DNA of 64,000 nucleotides, from NCBI RefSeq assembly GCF_011045215.1, contig NZ_CP049201.1, one strand, 5' to 3'. Positions 35,903-46,479 of this stretch are shown piece by piece. The notes below the pieces were generated by a model. That model was not told where the DNA came from and did no database searches. It saw only the letters and a list, made by a program, of their open reading frames with translations. This stretch comes from Escherichia coli. GTDB taxonomy: Bacteria; Pseudomonadota; Gammaproteobacteria; Enterobacterales; Enterobacteriaceae. How positions within the stretch are numbered: the stretch's first letter is position 1; the number at the start of each line of letters is the position of its first letter. Made by a program: the position numbers and the translations under genes.

Positions 35903-36913
35903 TTGTACGAAATACATTACGACGTTGAGTCTGAACAGCAAGCTTTTGAATTACTTGAACGTTACCTAAACGGACAAGCTTTACCCGAAAAAATTAGTTT
36001 CAATGGTTGGCCAAGTCTAACCATCAGGTTGACTGGTGAAAAATTCAACAAATCACTCACACCTTCAGTTATGAAAGGATTTGTTGAAATGCAATCGCAA
36101 CTCAATAAGTCTTATGCGCTAGCAAAGTTCGGAACTCCTGATGTCCGCAGGCTAACAAAAGAAGAACTTGATGCTTTAGAAATTGAAGTTACAGTAGAGC
36201 AAGGTTCATCTCTTGTAGAGATTAACATTGATGGCTTCCTAAGCAAGCTTACGCACGAACTGGTAGGGAAAATGAACGCCACAGAGATTGTATTTACGGT
36301 TCTCGGTGCTGCCGTTATATGGGGCGGTGTAACCGTCTTCAAACGCTATCTGGATAACCGTAAAGATACTCGGTTGGCTGAAATTGCTAAAGAAGGCGAC
36401 AAAGAACACCTACGCGCAATGCAAGTGATGACACAGGAGGAAACAAAACGCCTCCAAATCATCTCAGAAATGGTGGCTAAAAAACCTCTACTCGACAATA
36501 TGGATCGAATGTCTTATGACGCTAAAACCACCATGGTTAAATCTTTCGTGCGTTCAGATTCAGCAGAAATTGACGGTGTCACAATAGATTCAGAAACGGC
36601 AAAAGAGCTAGTAACAAATGCTCGTCGACGCTCAGTTGAAATGAGAATAGACGGTATATACCGTATCGAAGAAGTGAATAATACCGACCCCGAAAGCTTC
36701 AAAGTTAAGGTTCGAAAGGTCGATTCTGATCAACGTTTGACCTGCGTTGTTCAGGATATATTCCTTGATGAATCAGGGAACAAAGAAGCCTTACAGCGAG
36801 CTGAATGGGAAAGAAAGCCTGTGCATTTAAGCATCAATGCCAAACACATTGATGGAGATATCAAGTCCGCCGTAATTTTACATGTGAAAGATGTTGAAGA
36901 TAAGCCCGAGTAA
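35903..36913 (+). CDS. Hypothetical protein, reverse-oriented AT-rich moron downstream of Q
   Basis: 336 aa, opposite strand to all flanking late genes, one central hydrophobic segment (IVFTVLGAAVIWGGVTVF), low GC; no family recognised. Confidence 0.5.
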   Translation: MYEIHYDVESEQQAFELLERYLNGQALPEKISFNGWPSLTIRLTGEKFNKSLTPSVMKGFVEMQSQLNKSYALAKFGTPDVRRLTKEELDALEIEVTVEQGSSLVEINIDGFLSKLTHELVGKMNATEIVFTVLGAAVIWGGVTVFKRYLDNRKDTRLAEIAKEGDKEHLRAMQVMTQEETKRLQIISEMVAKKPLLDNMDRMSYDAKTTMVKSFVRSDSAEIDGVTIDSETAKELVTNARRRSVEMRIDGIYRIEEVNNTDPESFKVKVRKVDSDQRLTCVVQDIFLDESGNKEALQRAEWERKPVHLSINAKHIDGDIKSAVILHVKDVEDKPE

Positions 36914-36928
36914 TCGGGCTGTCTGGTT

Positions 36929-37318
36929 TCAAGATTCCACTTCGGCATCCATTTCTAAACTTACATCCAACATACTCAGGCAACCGTCGATAAACCCTTC
37001 AGCCATCTGTATCTCTATACGTATCAATTTCTCATCCTTCCAACGCGCCTTTGCAATCTTGCGCTTGGATATCCTGTATAAATAATGTGCCACAAGAAGC
37101 GAATGCTCATAAGGCCTTTTTTGCTTTAAACAAGCAAGACAACCTTCAATAATTAATGCGTCACTATCTGAACAAGCCAGGCGTTTCTTACTGGTATAGG
37201 GCAGAAGTCCCTTAAACCCGGCAGCTATAGGTGAATAGTCCACACCCGAGCTATCACTAGCCGCCCATGCCCCCCAACGCTCAAGAACCATCTGAATATC
37301 ACGCGCCATCGTTACCAC
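36929..37318 (-). CDS. Antitermination protein Q-like
   Basis: 129 aa immediately upstream of late/lysis region and downstream of RusA, Cys-containing; lambdoid Q position. Confidence 0.6.
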   Translation of the reverse strand: MVTMARDIQMVLERWGAWAASDSSGVDYSPIAAGFKGLLPYTSKKRLACSDSDALIIEGCLACLKQKRPYEHSLLVAHYLYRISKRKIAKARWKDEKLIRIEIQMAEGFIDGCLSMLDVSLEMDAEVES

Positions 37319-37670
37319 CTGTAATTTCGTAAATCTTCACACCCAGCCGACCACCAGGTACGCGCTGACCGCGCACAATATTAATTTCATCAAACTGCTC
37401 GTCGTCGATAAGCAACCCCGCATGTGTCAGTGCATCCAGTGGTGCTTTCAGAATATTGTCCAGGTCACGACGGCGCTTATCCGGTGGCTCTGCAGTAATT
37501 TTTATTGCCAGCCTTCCGGACAGATTTAATTTCAGCCGCTGCTGGCGAACAATGAGCGCCACATCACGGCGATAACGCTCACCGGCTTTTGATACAAAAT
37601 ATGTGCTGCCACGACGTCGCCAGTAGGTGTTTACCGTCGGCGGGTAAGGCAAAACAAACTCTATACGCAT
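37299..37670 (-). CDS. rusA: Holliday junction resolvase RusA
   Basis: 123 aa; MRIEFVLPYPPTVNTYW...DLDNILKAPLDALTHAGLLIDD typical RusA. Confidence 0.85.
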   Translation of the reverse strand: MRIEFVLPYPPTVNTYWRRRGSTYFVSKAGERYRRDVALIVRQQRLKLNLSGRLAIKITAEPPDKRRRDLDNILKAPLDALTHAGLLIDDEQFDEINIVRGQRVPGGRLGVKIYEITGGNDGA

Positions 37671-37682
37671 CAGTAACCTCTT

Positions 37683-38732
37683 TTACCCGAGCACGCCGGT
37701 TGCAAAGGCGTGATCAAGAAAACGAAAAATTAAATCAACCTGGGAACCATGCTTTTCTTCGAACGCCAGCGGATCCGCATGAAGTTCGTTGTGATGTTCC
37801 CGGCATAACGGTAGCGTGAAAATATCGTGGGATTTTGTTCCCATTCCGCCCTGACCATGACCAATCAGGTGATGGGGATCGTCGGCTGGCTTACCACAGC
37901 ACGCACACGGCTGTGTCTTTACCCAGCGTGTATATTTCTCATTTATCCAACGGCGACGTTTAGGTCGCTTCATGAAAGATTCCGGAGACTCCGGATCTAC
38001 GGCAATGCTGACCACCGTCTTTTCCTGTGGTGCGTTCTGTTGCTGGTGGGCGTGAGGTGGTAGCGCAATATTTTTTGTGCGCTGCTTCAGTATGCTGGTA
38101 GCTGTCTGCTCTCCCGGTACGATGTCGCTTTCGCGGTATACTGAGTGGATTTTTTCACCCGGAAGCTTCAGGATTCGACGCGCCATATTTTCGGTCATGG
38201 CATCCACTACATCATTTACAGCAGCCCAGCAGTACAGTTCAGCCAGCGATAATTCCCGCTCCTGTGTACCGCTTATTGCGTGACGTATGACGTCAATCAT
38301 CCAGGCTGTCAGATTTTGTTGAGCAAGCTGCCCGAGTGATTCGGAGGTCTGGTCACGCAGCTGGTTGTCGCAGTGCCAGCACAACACCATCGCGCCGGTG
38401 CCGTAACGATGTATGACGGTTTCACTGTGATGATAGTCACCATGAGGCCACTGGCAGGATTTGACATGACGCAACAGCCAGTCAGACAGTGCGCCAGCGC
38501 CGCCAGCAGCACGAATCACCCGCTCATCGCTGAAAAATGGCAGTAATGATTTATCTTCCGCCAGCGGCTGGCGAACAGCAGGAACAACTCCGAACGGCAG
38601 ACCGCGCATGCTTTTCGGTTCCGGTTCCACCAGCACTCGAGGGTTATGAAATACCTGCATGGATTCACGACCAGGCTTAAGGACCACCAGCCCGAGTTCC
38701 GGTACCGGAACAGGTCGAAGTAATACCCGCAC
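37683..38732 (-). CDS. DUF968-like phage protein with C-terminal Cys/His motif
   Basis: 349 aa; C-terminal ...TQPCACCGKPADDPHHLIGHG...CREHHNELH HNH/zinc-binding-like. Confidence 0.55.
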   Translation of the reverse strand: MRVLLRPVPVPELGLVVLKPGRESMQVFHNPRVLVEPEPKSMRGLPFGVVPAVRQPLAEDKSLLPFFSDERVIRAAGGAGALSDWLLRHVKSCQWPHGDYHHSETVIHRYGTGAMVLCWHCDNQLRDQTSESLGQLAQQNLTAWMIDVIRHAISGTQERELSLAELYCWAAVNDVVDAMTENMARRILKLPGEKIHSVYRESDIVPGEQTATSILKQRTKNIALPPHAHQQQNAPQEKTVVSIAVDPESPESFMKRPKRRRWINEKYTRWVKTQPCACCGKPADDPHHLIGHGQGGMGTKSHDIFTLPLCREHHNELHADPLAFEEKHGSQVDLIFRFLDHAFATGVLG

Positions 38733-38733
38733 G

Positions 38734-39006
38734 TTACCTCCAGATGCGTTGCTGGAATGTGCGGGATGGACGCGGTGGGCGTTCGGAATAAGGGAGCCTG
38801 ACTGAAATTATCCAGTGTCGGAAGTCAGGGCTGAGGTCTTTCTGAAACTCGTACCCACGTCTGCGGTAGTTCTGTATCAGCCATTCGGCCTGTTCTTCAG
38901 TGCAGGGGTCATGCTGATACCAGTCATATTTGAATGTGTGAGAACGCCGCCCGTATCTGCTGGCAGGGGCGGCATCAGAATTGTTAATTTTCTTGTAATG
39001 CACCAC
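38734..39006 (-). CDS. Hypothetical protein
   Basis: 90 aa ORF in nin-like region. Confidence 0.35.
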   Translation of the reverse strand: MVHYKKINNSDAAPASRYGRRSHTFKYDWYQHDPCTEEQAEWLIQNYRRRGYEFQKDLSPDFRHWIISVRLPYSERPPRPSRTFQQRIWR

Positions 39007-39492
39007 TACTATCCTCGTAATGGTGCGACAGACGCCAGTTGTTCAGGCTGGCTTTAACTACAACATTATAATCTAGTCTTTCTTAATGCTGAAGTGACTG
39101 ACCGAATCCGCATGTGATTCTTTGGTGATCAGAATAACATCGGATGGCAATGGCATTACGATAAACTCACCATTCTCAAGAACTATTACTTCATAATTAC
39201 CTGGTATAGAAAGCGCAGCAATTAATTCCTTATCGTTCATAACCAAAATCCCGTGAACTTTAAACACCTCCCCTTAAGGGGACCATCCTTCTTCTCCCTG
39301 CGCGCCAATCAAGTAATGAGATTCTATTTCCCCCGTAATTAGCCTCAAGAACAACAAATCACAAAAACACAAAAAGCCTGTTTGATTAAAAATAATCGTA
39401 ACAAAAAACCCGCCGAAGCGGGTTAAGTGCGGGTGCGTTGAGGATGCCTGACACATCAGAGGTGGCGAGGGATTTCTCCCCCGCCAGGTCTC

Positions 39493-39648
39493 TTACTCCT
39501 CAGATTCGTAAGCTGTGAAGACAGCGACCTCCGTCTGGCCGGTTCGGATTCGTACCTCGCAGAGGTCTTTCCTCATTACCAGTGCCGTCACTATGACGGT
39601 TAAACAGATGACGATCAGGGCGATTAACATCGCCTTTTGCTGCTTCAT
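39493..39648 (-). CDS. hok: Hok/Gef family type I toxin
   Basis: MKQQKAMLIALIVICLTVIVTALVMRKDLCEVRIRTGQTEVAVFTAYESEE; upstream in-frame mok-like extension and hairpin-rich leader. Confidence 0.8.
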   Translation of the reverse strand: MKQQKAMLIALIVICLTVIVTALVMRKDLCEVRIRTGQTEVAVFTAYESEE

Positions 39649-40102
39649 AGCCTGCTTCTCCTTGCCTTTCGGCACGTAAGAGGCTAACCTACGTTTGTGT
39701 AGCATAGATTGGGCCTCAGATTAATGTTAAGCGTCTTGCCGGACGCGTAATGTTAACTGGGGCTTTTCTCTGTCTGCCTTACAGTGGCATGCCCGAGGCA
39801 GACAGCCTCAGGCACCCGCAACAATCTTACCGACACCGATAAGAAAACGCTATTTTTTATTGCCAGAACCTTCTGCCCAGGCTAATGTATCCGCGTCAGA
39901 ACGGCGCAATGCGCTCGCCTGAGATACGTTTACTTGTCATTGGTGGCAACAGATAACGGCAATTGTTGTTTCTGTTTGTTTCCTTCAAAAACCCCGGACC
40001 ATCAATCCGGGGTTTTTGTTTGTTATCCCCAGCGGCAAATCGAATACACCATCAGCGCCACCGCCATCGCAATTCCTGCCGTTGTGAATGCTTCAGGCCA
40101 GG

Positions 40103-40465
40103 TCATCGTAAAATATCCTCCACGCTTATCAGTCCGTTTCGCTCCAGGTAGTCCATCACCTTATCCGGCAGTTTGCAGTCCGGCTTCGCTTTCCTCAGTT
40201 GCCAGGTTAACTGCTTTACCTGCATGGTTAACTCGTCGACCAGACGCTGATACCCCACTGGTTTGTATTCATAAAATTTACCAACTGGCGCTGCTGCCAG
40301 CGATTGCAGTGCAATTTCCAGAACAGCAATATCCATCTTATATGCGCGAATGAGGTCATGGTCGATTGTACCTGGTATGCACAGTCTCTGTGATTCAATA
40401 GTCTCCTCTGCGTGGGCTATTAACTGCTCTTTGGTAAACCGTTCTTCTTTGGTCAAAGTCGCCAT
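40103..40465 (-). CDS. Hypothetical protein
   Basis: 120 aa ORF. Confidence 0.4.
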   Translation of the reverse strand: MATLTKEERFTKEQLIAHAEETIESQRLCIPGTIDHDLIRAYKMDIAVLEIALQSLAAAPVGKFYEYKPVGYQRLVDELTMQVKQLTWQLRKAKPDCKLPDKVMDYLERNGLISVEDILR

Positions 40466-41088
40466 TTTATTCTTCCTCTTCGTCTTTTATTTCGTGATAT
40501 GAGTAATTGCAGTGATTAAAGAAAACATCAATTGCCTCGTTTTCTATTTCCTCAGGAATCGCGTCATCATCCACTTCAAATACATCTTCACGCACGCCAC
40601 CAACAATCCTCGTTTCGATAACTATTTTGAATTTTCGCATTGTCTTACCACCATTTCTGGCAGTCTCCTGATGTTCTGAGGGTGCAGAAATCCCTCCGGT
40701 TAAGGATTTTATTTTCGATAATAATATTGGTTATTCTGGTCTGGTTTTTGTCGCCCTGCGTATCCGCGCTTTCACATTGCGCTCAATCTGAATTAGCTTT
40801 TCTATATTTTTACGTCTTTCCCGTTCCTCCTGACGCAATTGTTTTACATCATCTGCCAGTCTGGTTTCTCTTTTCGCCACAGAGAGCATCCAGTCAAATG
40901 GCTCCACAACTGCACCGCAGATTTTACAACGGACCTGACGCTCTTTTTCATCAACCCTGACAGAGGCGTGATGGCAATATGGTTTCTCCGATGACTCATA
41001 AAGAAAATTAACCTGATTACGTGGGTCATCCTCTTTTACCGGAAATAAAACAATATTACTTAACTCATCTTCTGGTTTTATTTCCACG

Positions 41089-41418
41089 TCACTCTCCTTT
41101 GATGCGAATACCTGCCACACGTAGTGCATGCTCCAAATCAGCCAGATAAAGCCAGCGTCCATGCTCTCTGGGCATCATGACATATTGCTCATCGGCATTT
41201 ATCGGATGACCCCTTCGAAGGTCATAGCAAGTCGGTAACTGCACTGTCCTTGCTTCCAGCTCTGCAATGCGTTTATCTCTGGCTTCCAGTTCGTCCAGTA
41301 ACGCCAGCACAACCTGCGGTGTGACTTTCATGCGAAACGCCAGCAGTTTCTGAGGTGTGGACACTGTTTTTATTGCCTCTGCCACATCACGCAACGCCTG
41401 GTTGTTAATCTGATTCAC
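41089..41418 (-). CDS. Hypothetical protein
   Basis: 109 aa ORF, coiled-coil segment. Confidence 0.4.
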   Translation of the reverse strand: MNQINNQALRDVAEAIKTVSTPQKLLAFRMKVTPQVVLALLDELEARDKRIAELEARTVQLPTCYDLRRGHPINADEQYVMMPREHGRWLYLADLEHALRVAGIRIKGE

Positions 41419-41756
41419 TGCATCACCTCACGATTCCTCAACCAGATACAAACCGGTCCATCCTCGGTGTCATGAATGGAGCCAATAAACCAGCCCTCAC
41501 CCTCTGGTCGTTCAGGTTCCCATGCGGAAATATCGGGACCATCTGCATCCGGGTTAAAATCATCTTCATCCATACTGCGAATAGTCCACTGAAGATTATT
41601 TACCTTCATCCAGGCGTTAAATTCTTCCGTCGAAATATACTCCCGGCCATCACAAAATTTTTCATATTCAGGATGCGTCCAGCAGCCATATTCATCACGT
41701 TCTACCGGCAGTTCTTTGATTTCAATCAAAACATTAACTCCATTAAGATAATGCAA
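41415..41756 (-). CDS. Hypothetical protein
   Basis: 113 aa acidic ORF. Confidence 0.4.
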   Translation of the reverse strand: MHYLNGVNVLIEIKELPVERDEYGCWTHPEYEKFCDGREYISTEEFNAWMKVNNLQWTIRSMDEDDFNPDADGPDISAWEPERPEGEGWFIGSIHDTEDGPVCIWLRNREVMQ

Positions 41757-41921
41757 AACAAATTAACCACACCACGACAACCGATGCTATTAACACCCTG
41801 ATTGCAAACAGCGGGCTGATATGTCGAAAAGGATTTTCCCAGATAATAAAAGCCGCTGCCAGAAATGCACTGATAAGTAAAACAATAACAAACAGCTCAA
41901 TTTTGATTATCCAGAACATAT

Positions 41922-42212
41922 TCACTGCATCGCCTTCTGTAAAATAACCGCATGCCCCAGCTTCTCCGCCAGCGCCAGTTCTGCCTTAGCACCCGCCGAC
42001 CGCTGCCAGCCATTCAGCATGTAAATCGCATCCACGCAACGTATCATCGCCATGCAGATATCCATGTACTGCGACTGAGTCAGTCCGTCCGGAAGTACTG
42101 CCGGGTTTAAGACGGTATGCCCTTCCCGTTTCAGTTCCTCTTCCGCTTTGTGAAACGCCTCACGGTTGAAGTTTTCATGGCCAGTCATCGGCCCTGCGAC
42201 ATAAACCTTCAT
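41922..42212 (-). CDS. DUF4406-like protein (nucleoside 2-deoxyribosyltransferase-like fold)
   Basis: 96 aa; MKVYVAGPMTG...N...A pattern. Confidence 0.55.
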   Translation of the reverse strand: MKVYVAGPMTGHENFNREAFHKAEEELKREGHTVLNPAVLPDGLTQSQYMDICMAMIRCVDAIYMLNGWQRSAGAKAELALAEKLGHAVILQKAMQ

Positions 42213-42658
42213 ATCGTTTTTACTGTCCCTTTATTGTCCCTGTAAAACATCAAAACCCGCTGCATAACATCGCTATTCCGGCACTCACGACAGATTATGT
42301 TCTGACGCCTGTCATAGCGGCGTATTTCTCCATCTGGTAATGAATAAATCAGGTCTGGGTCGCTCTTTTTCTTCGCTCTGTTTTTCTTCACTCCCCCTTT
42401 CGCGATCTTTTGGTGAGCCCTTTCCCAGTCCCTGTGCGCCTGCTCAGACGGAAATACCCCGTAGTCAGAGTTGTACACCTCACCGCTGGCAGCAAGCTCT
42501 CTGGATAAGCGACCGGTAGTGACTCTGCTGACACCCGTTTTATCTGCCAACTGCTGATGTGTTTCTCGCCCACTCTGGCGTACGAGCTCCACAATGCGCG
42601 CCTTCACTTCTTCCCGTTGTTCGTGTGTGAAAGGTTTTGCCATAAGCGCCTCCGGCAA
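42209..42658 (-). CDS. Hypothetical protein
   Basis: 149 aa ORF. Confidence 0.4.
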   Translation of the reverse strand: MPEALMAKPFTHEQREEVKARIVELVRQSGRETHQQLADKTGVSRVTTGRLSRELAASGEVYNSDYGVFPSEQAHRDWERAHQKIAKGGVKKNRAKKKSDPDLIYSLPDGEIRRYDRRQNIICRECRNSDVMQRVLMFYRDNKGTVKTI

Positions 42659-43429
42659 TCACTTTTCTGATGCAACACGGCGGGAAGAATCAGTCATCTG
42701 CCGGAAAATATCCCGGTGCTTGTTCAGCTCCCGCAGCGCAGCGCAGACACGTTCCCACTTCCGGATATGACTTTTTGCCCGGCGCAGTTCACGGTTTGCC
42801 ATATGTAGCGATGGCAGCATTACATAGTCGGTATGTTTTTCGGTGAACAATGGCAGTGACTGCACAATATCCGCCACCGTTTCTGTTTTAATTTCTTCCT
42901 GTGTTGCAACCTCCTGTACTGGTAACGCAACCCCCGCTGGCTGAGGAAAGGCTTTACCATCAGTTTCCGCTACCGATGCGGCTTTCAGTTCTGCTGGTAA
43001 ATTCTCGCCTGGCATGCAGTAACGAAATTTACCGTTCTGATTAACGCGTGCCAGTCGCCCTGTTGAGGTTACTACCGCCAGCGTGGAAGCAACCTTGCGA
43101 ATGCTGACACCGAACTTACCCGCCAGTTCCTCACACGTTTTAGCCCCCTCCTGGCCGATAAACTCAATCATCATGTCAGCGGTAACTTTTTGTTCGCCCA
43201 CCCCGGTTAGCACATCCGGTGCTTCAGATTGTACTGGCTGCTCTTCGGTTACCCCGGATTCACCTTCGCCAGCCAGAAACCAGGTGTGGCCAGTTTTATC
43301 AACGACGCCATTTCTTTTGAGTTCCCACAGCTCGTTCAGAACTTCTTCACGACTGATTTCAAGTCGTGCGACCAGTTCCACCGACGTGGCTTTTCCCATT
43401 GCTTTCAGTGCATCAAAAACGGTCTCCAT
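42659..43429 (-). CDS. Hypothetical protein
   Basis: 256 aa ORF downstream of DnaC-like gene. Confidence 0.4.
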   Translation of the reverse strand: METVFDALKAMGKATSVELVARLEISREEVLNELWELKRNGVVDKTGHTWFLAGEGESGVTEEQPVQSEAPDVLTGVGEQKVTADMMIEFIGQEGAKTCEELAGKFGVSIRKVASTLAVVTSTGRLARVNQNGKFRYCMPGENLPAELKAASVAETDGKAFPQPAGVALPVQEVATQEEIKTETVADIVQSLPLFTEKHTDYVMLPSLHMANRELRRAKSHIRKWERVCAALRELNKHRDIFRQMTDSSRRVASEK

Positions 43430-43468
43430 TAAAATTTCCTCCCGGTAAAATTATTTCTCAATTCCTGG

Positions 43469-44197
43469 CTAACCAACATTTGAACGCCAGCTCTCCCAGT
43501 TAAAATTCACCCAGCGACCACCGTTCATGGTCATGCGGTCCATCACGCGCTCGCCAAGCAGCGTATTCATTGCCGTATGGTTCAGGTTCGTCAGCATCCC
43601 GACGCTGTGCATCGAGGCTGTTCTGCGATCGACTATCTGGTTCAGTGTGACCTGTTCGTTACGCGTATCCCGCTGCATACCAATTTCATCCAGGACAAGC
43701 AGGTCAACTTCACACAACCCCTGCAAAAATTTTTCGCCCGAGTTTTTGTTGTCGTAGTTGCCGTGTAACGCCAGCATCACATCCGCCACCGTCACCACAA
43801 TCACGCTGCGACCTTTCGCCAGAAGATGGTTGCCAATGGCTGCTGCCAGATGATTCTTTCCGGTACCCGGCTTACCGCTGAACACGAAATTTGTGCATCC
43901 GGTCATCATTTCTTCCGCGATGGATTTTGCCTGGCTCAGCGCGTGGCGTTGGCCATCGTTCTTCACCTGGTAATTCGCAAACGAACACTTCTGGTGCAAC
44001 AGTTGGATACCGGAACGCTTCATAATTTTCTCCACCCGGATCTGGCGATTCTGGCGGTTAATTTCCTCACTACGCTTTCGCCCTTCTGCAAGCTGCCACT
44101 CTCGCCACTCGTCCACTGTCCGGTACGGCGCGGTTACATGCTGCGGGGCCAGCTTACGGATACGCTCAAGAACACCACCTGCCGCAATATTTTTCAT
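43469..44197 (-). CDS. DnaC-like helicase loader (IstB-like ATPase)
   Basis: 242 aa; Walker A GKPGTGKNHLAAAIG, Walker B LLVLDEIG. Confidence 0.8.
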   Translation of the reverse strand: MKNIAAGGVLERIRKLAPQHVTAPYRTVDEWREWQLAEGRKRSEEINRQNRQIRVEKIMKRSGIQLLHQKCSFANYQVKNDGQRHALSQAKSIAEEMMTGCTNFVFSGKPGTGKNHLAAAIGNHLLAKGRSVIVVTVADVMLALHGNYDNKNSGEKFLQGLCEVDLLVLDEIGMQRDTRNEQVTLNQIVDRRTASMHSVGMLTNLNHTAMNTLLGERVMDRMTMNGGRWVNFNWESWRSNVG

Positions 44198-44203
44198 AAC
44201 CCG

Positions 44204-45313
44204 TTACCCCCTGAATCCCGGCGGAATTTCGGTATCCGGTTCAGAAATATGATTCACACAACGCTGGTTGTTCGTGCCGCTTACCGGGAGCAACCAGGGG
44301 TTTTCAAAATTCCGGTCCGGTCCAAAAAACGTCGTCGCTCGCTGAACAAATTCCGTTCCCGCTTTCCCGGTCGCCGCCAGGTATCTCGCGTAACGCCTCA
44401 CACCATCCAGCATGGTCTCTGGTGGCACCCCCTCGCGCAATCTGGCCTTCCAGGCACTGAATGCGGATTTCTTCGGGTTTGCCCCGGCACGCAACGGGTA
44501 TTCCCGCCAGACCTGTTCGAACACATCCGGATAATCCACTCGTCCCACAGGCCGCCCGGTGTTTTCCGGGACTACCCGATCGGCTTCCCGCTGAATGGCG
44601 GAATCGGCTTCAGGCTGCTGCAGTTGGTGTGATTGCTCCGACCCTGCGGTCATCACCTGCTGCACAGCGCCCGAATCGGTTTTCAGCGCATACGCCGAAT
44701 CGGCTTCCGGTGTCGTGCCTGCTGGCTGACCAGAATTTACGGTCTGAACATCCCCTGCCTGGTTCGTGGTGTTTTTTTCGCCATGAGCTATAGTGTTTTT
44801 GTCCTGTTCTTTCTCCTGCTCCTGTTCCTGTTCTTGGCTTCGAAGCCCCTTAAAAGCCCCTTCGAAGCCCCTTACCGAATTTCGGCTATTATTCCGCCTC
44901 ACATCCAGATGGAAATCCGTTTTATATCTGTCGTAAAACGCTGACAGAAAAGCGTTTTCAGGTAATGATGCATACTCATTCCTGACACCTGCACAACGGT
45001 TATCGCCAGGCTTCAACGTTTCCCCAACCTGCCAGGCTGCCATTTCATGGACCCAGACCATCTCGGCATCATGGTCATAGCTACAAAAACCAGCTTCAAC
45101 AGCCCTTTTAAGCCCCTTTGAAGCCCCTTCCAGACCAAGCCCGGTTTCATGAGCAAGGTATAAAACTGGCAGGTAATACAAACCCAGCATATTTGCGTGA
45201 GGGGATGTCATCAGGTAAAAAGCAACAACTTGCGCTTCTGCACCCGCCTTTCTAAGTTCTCTCCCCGTTTCTCCCAGCCAGAATCGCGGAGAAACTTTTG
45301 CGTAATCACGCAT
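44204..45313 (-). CDS. Replication initiator/replisome organizer (lambda O-like role) with internal iterons
   Basis: About 369 aa from MRDYAKVSPRFW...; central low-complexity QEQEQEQEK linker; iterons inside coding sequence. Confidence 0.6.
   Translation of the reverse strand: MRDYAKVSPRFWLGETGRELRKAGAEAQVVAFYLMTSPHANMLGLYYLPVLYLAHETGLGLEGASKGLKRAVEAGFCSYDHDAEMVWVHEMAAWQVGETLKPGDNRCAGVRNEYASLPENAFLSAFYDRYKTDFHLDVRRNNSRNSVRGFEGAFKGLRSQEQEQEQEKEQDKNTIAHGEKNTTNQAGDVQTVNSGQPAGTTPEADSAYALKTDSGAVQQVMTAGSEQSHQLQQPEADSAIQREADRVVPENTGRPVGRVDYPDVFEQVWREYPLRAGANPKKSAFSAWKARLREGVPPETMLDGVRRYARYLAATGKAGTEFVQRATTFFGPDRNFENPWLLPVSGTNNQRCVNHISEPDTEIPPGFRG
44838..45135. repeat. Two clusters of AAGCCCCTT iterons inside the replication initiator gene (putative ori)
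   Basis: cgAAGCCCCTTaaAAGCCCCTTcgAAGCCCCTT at 44838-44876 and agCCCTTTTAAGCCCCTTTGAAGCCCCTT at 45100-45135. Confidence 0.55.
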
Positions 45314-45530
45314 GGCTACCTCATCTGGTGCCGAACCTTCCTCCGGATATAATCTGTGGTTCCCAATCGACAGAACCAGAGGAGGTTCGACATGTATTTT
45401 TTGAAAAGCCTTTATCAGGCTCATGTATTAAATGTTGCAGCAACAAACCGCTGGTGTAACAGCCCCGAAATGCTCCCGGATTACAGAGCCTGGCTGCGCG
45501 CCGAAACATACCTTCGTCTCGACATATTGA

Positions 45531-46040
45531 TTAGCGAACTTCAAAAAGAGACTGCATCCATTCATAACCTTCAGGGTATCGACGCTGTTCGCATTCTGGT
45601 ATCGCGCCATAGTGCTCTCTCAATAATTGAAGTGCGTCATCTCTCTTTTTCTGAACTGATTTTCTTGCTTCAACCAGCTCTGGAATCAGCGAATATCCCA
45701 CCGAAAGTGATCCAATACCCACCTCATGTTGACGAGCAGTTACAAGATGTGCCATACAACCAGCGTGCTGGATTGACTCCCTGCTCAGAGGCTGAATGGG
45801 ATCACTCTCTGCTGAAGAAATACCAAGATTTGTATAATCCTCAATAAGCCCGGCACACGCTTCTGCATCAGCCAGCTTTATTCTGGTTTCCTTGCGCTGC
45901 TCTCTGGCTGACAAACGCCAGAGCAGCGCATTAGCTTTATGTATCAACCACTCTGCCAGCTCCACATCAGATAAACCGCCACGCCAGATGTGCGGACTGT
46001 TTTCGTAAACGCTCAGTGTCAATTTTTTGTCATTACTCAT
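45531..46040 (-). CDS. Hypothetical protein
   Basis: About 169 aa from MSNDKKLTLSVYE... Confidence 0.4.
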   Translation of the reverse strand: MSNDKKLTLSVYENSPHIWRGGLSDVELAEWLIHKANALLWRLSAREQRKETRIKLADAEACAGLIEDYTNLGISSAESDPIQPLSRESIQHAGCMAHLVTARQHEVGIGSLSVGYSLIPELVEARKSVQKKRDDALQLLREHYGAIPECEQRRYPEGYEWMQSLFEVR

Positions 46041-46053
46041 ATTTATTACCCAA

Positions 46054-46479
46054 TTAATGCACAGCCAGAGTGTTTCCTGCCGGGCCACCACGATTCATCT
46101 GATCGAACAGAACGATCGCTGATGCAACGAAATCATCAATATCTTTCACCAGCCGTTCCTTCGTCTCTACCAACTCCCGAAAATAAGCGGAACTGTGGCT
46201 GCGCATTCGGGCCACCAGCGGAGGCGGCATTGCTTTTTCGATCGCTGGTAACAACGCCTGAATTTTTTTAACCGCATCAGGGGTGTCTTTATCCAGCCAA
46301 CGGAAAATTTTCTGGGTATTACGAGCCAGCGCTTCCGGATGCCTGTCGTCATATAGCTCCGGGAACGTCATACCCAGCTCAAAATAAGCCTGGGTTATTT
46401 CAGCTGCCGGAACTTTTTCACCGTCCGGATGCGCCCAGGCATTCATCGCCATACGGATGTGTTCATGCTTGATTTTCAT
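46054..46479 (-). CDS. YdaT-like protein (Rac-type)
   Basis: 141 aa MKIKHEHIRMAMNAWAHPDGEK...; follows Cro-like gene as ydaT follows ydaS in Rac (from memory). Confidence 0.5.
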   Translation of the reverse strand: MKIKHEHIRMAMNAWAHPDGEKVPAAEITQAYFELGMTFPELYDDRHPEALARNTQKIFRWLDKDTPDAVKKIQALLPAIEKAMPPPLVARMRSHSSAYFRELVETKERLVKDIDDFVASAIVLFDQMNRGGPAGNTLAVH

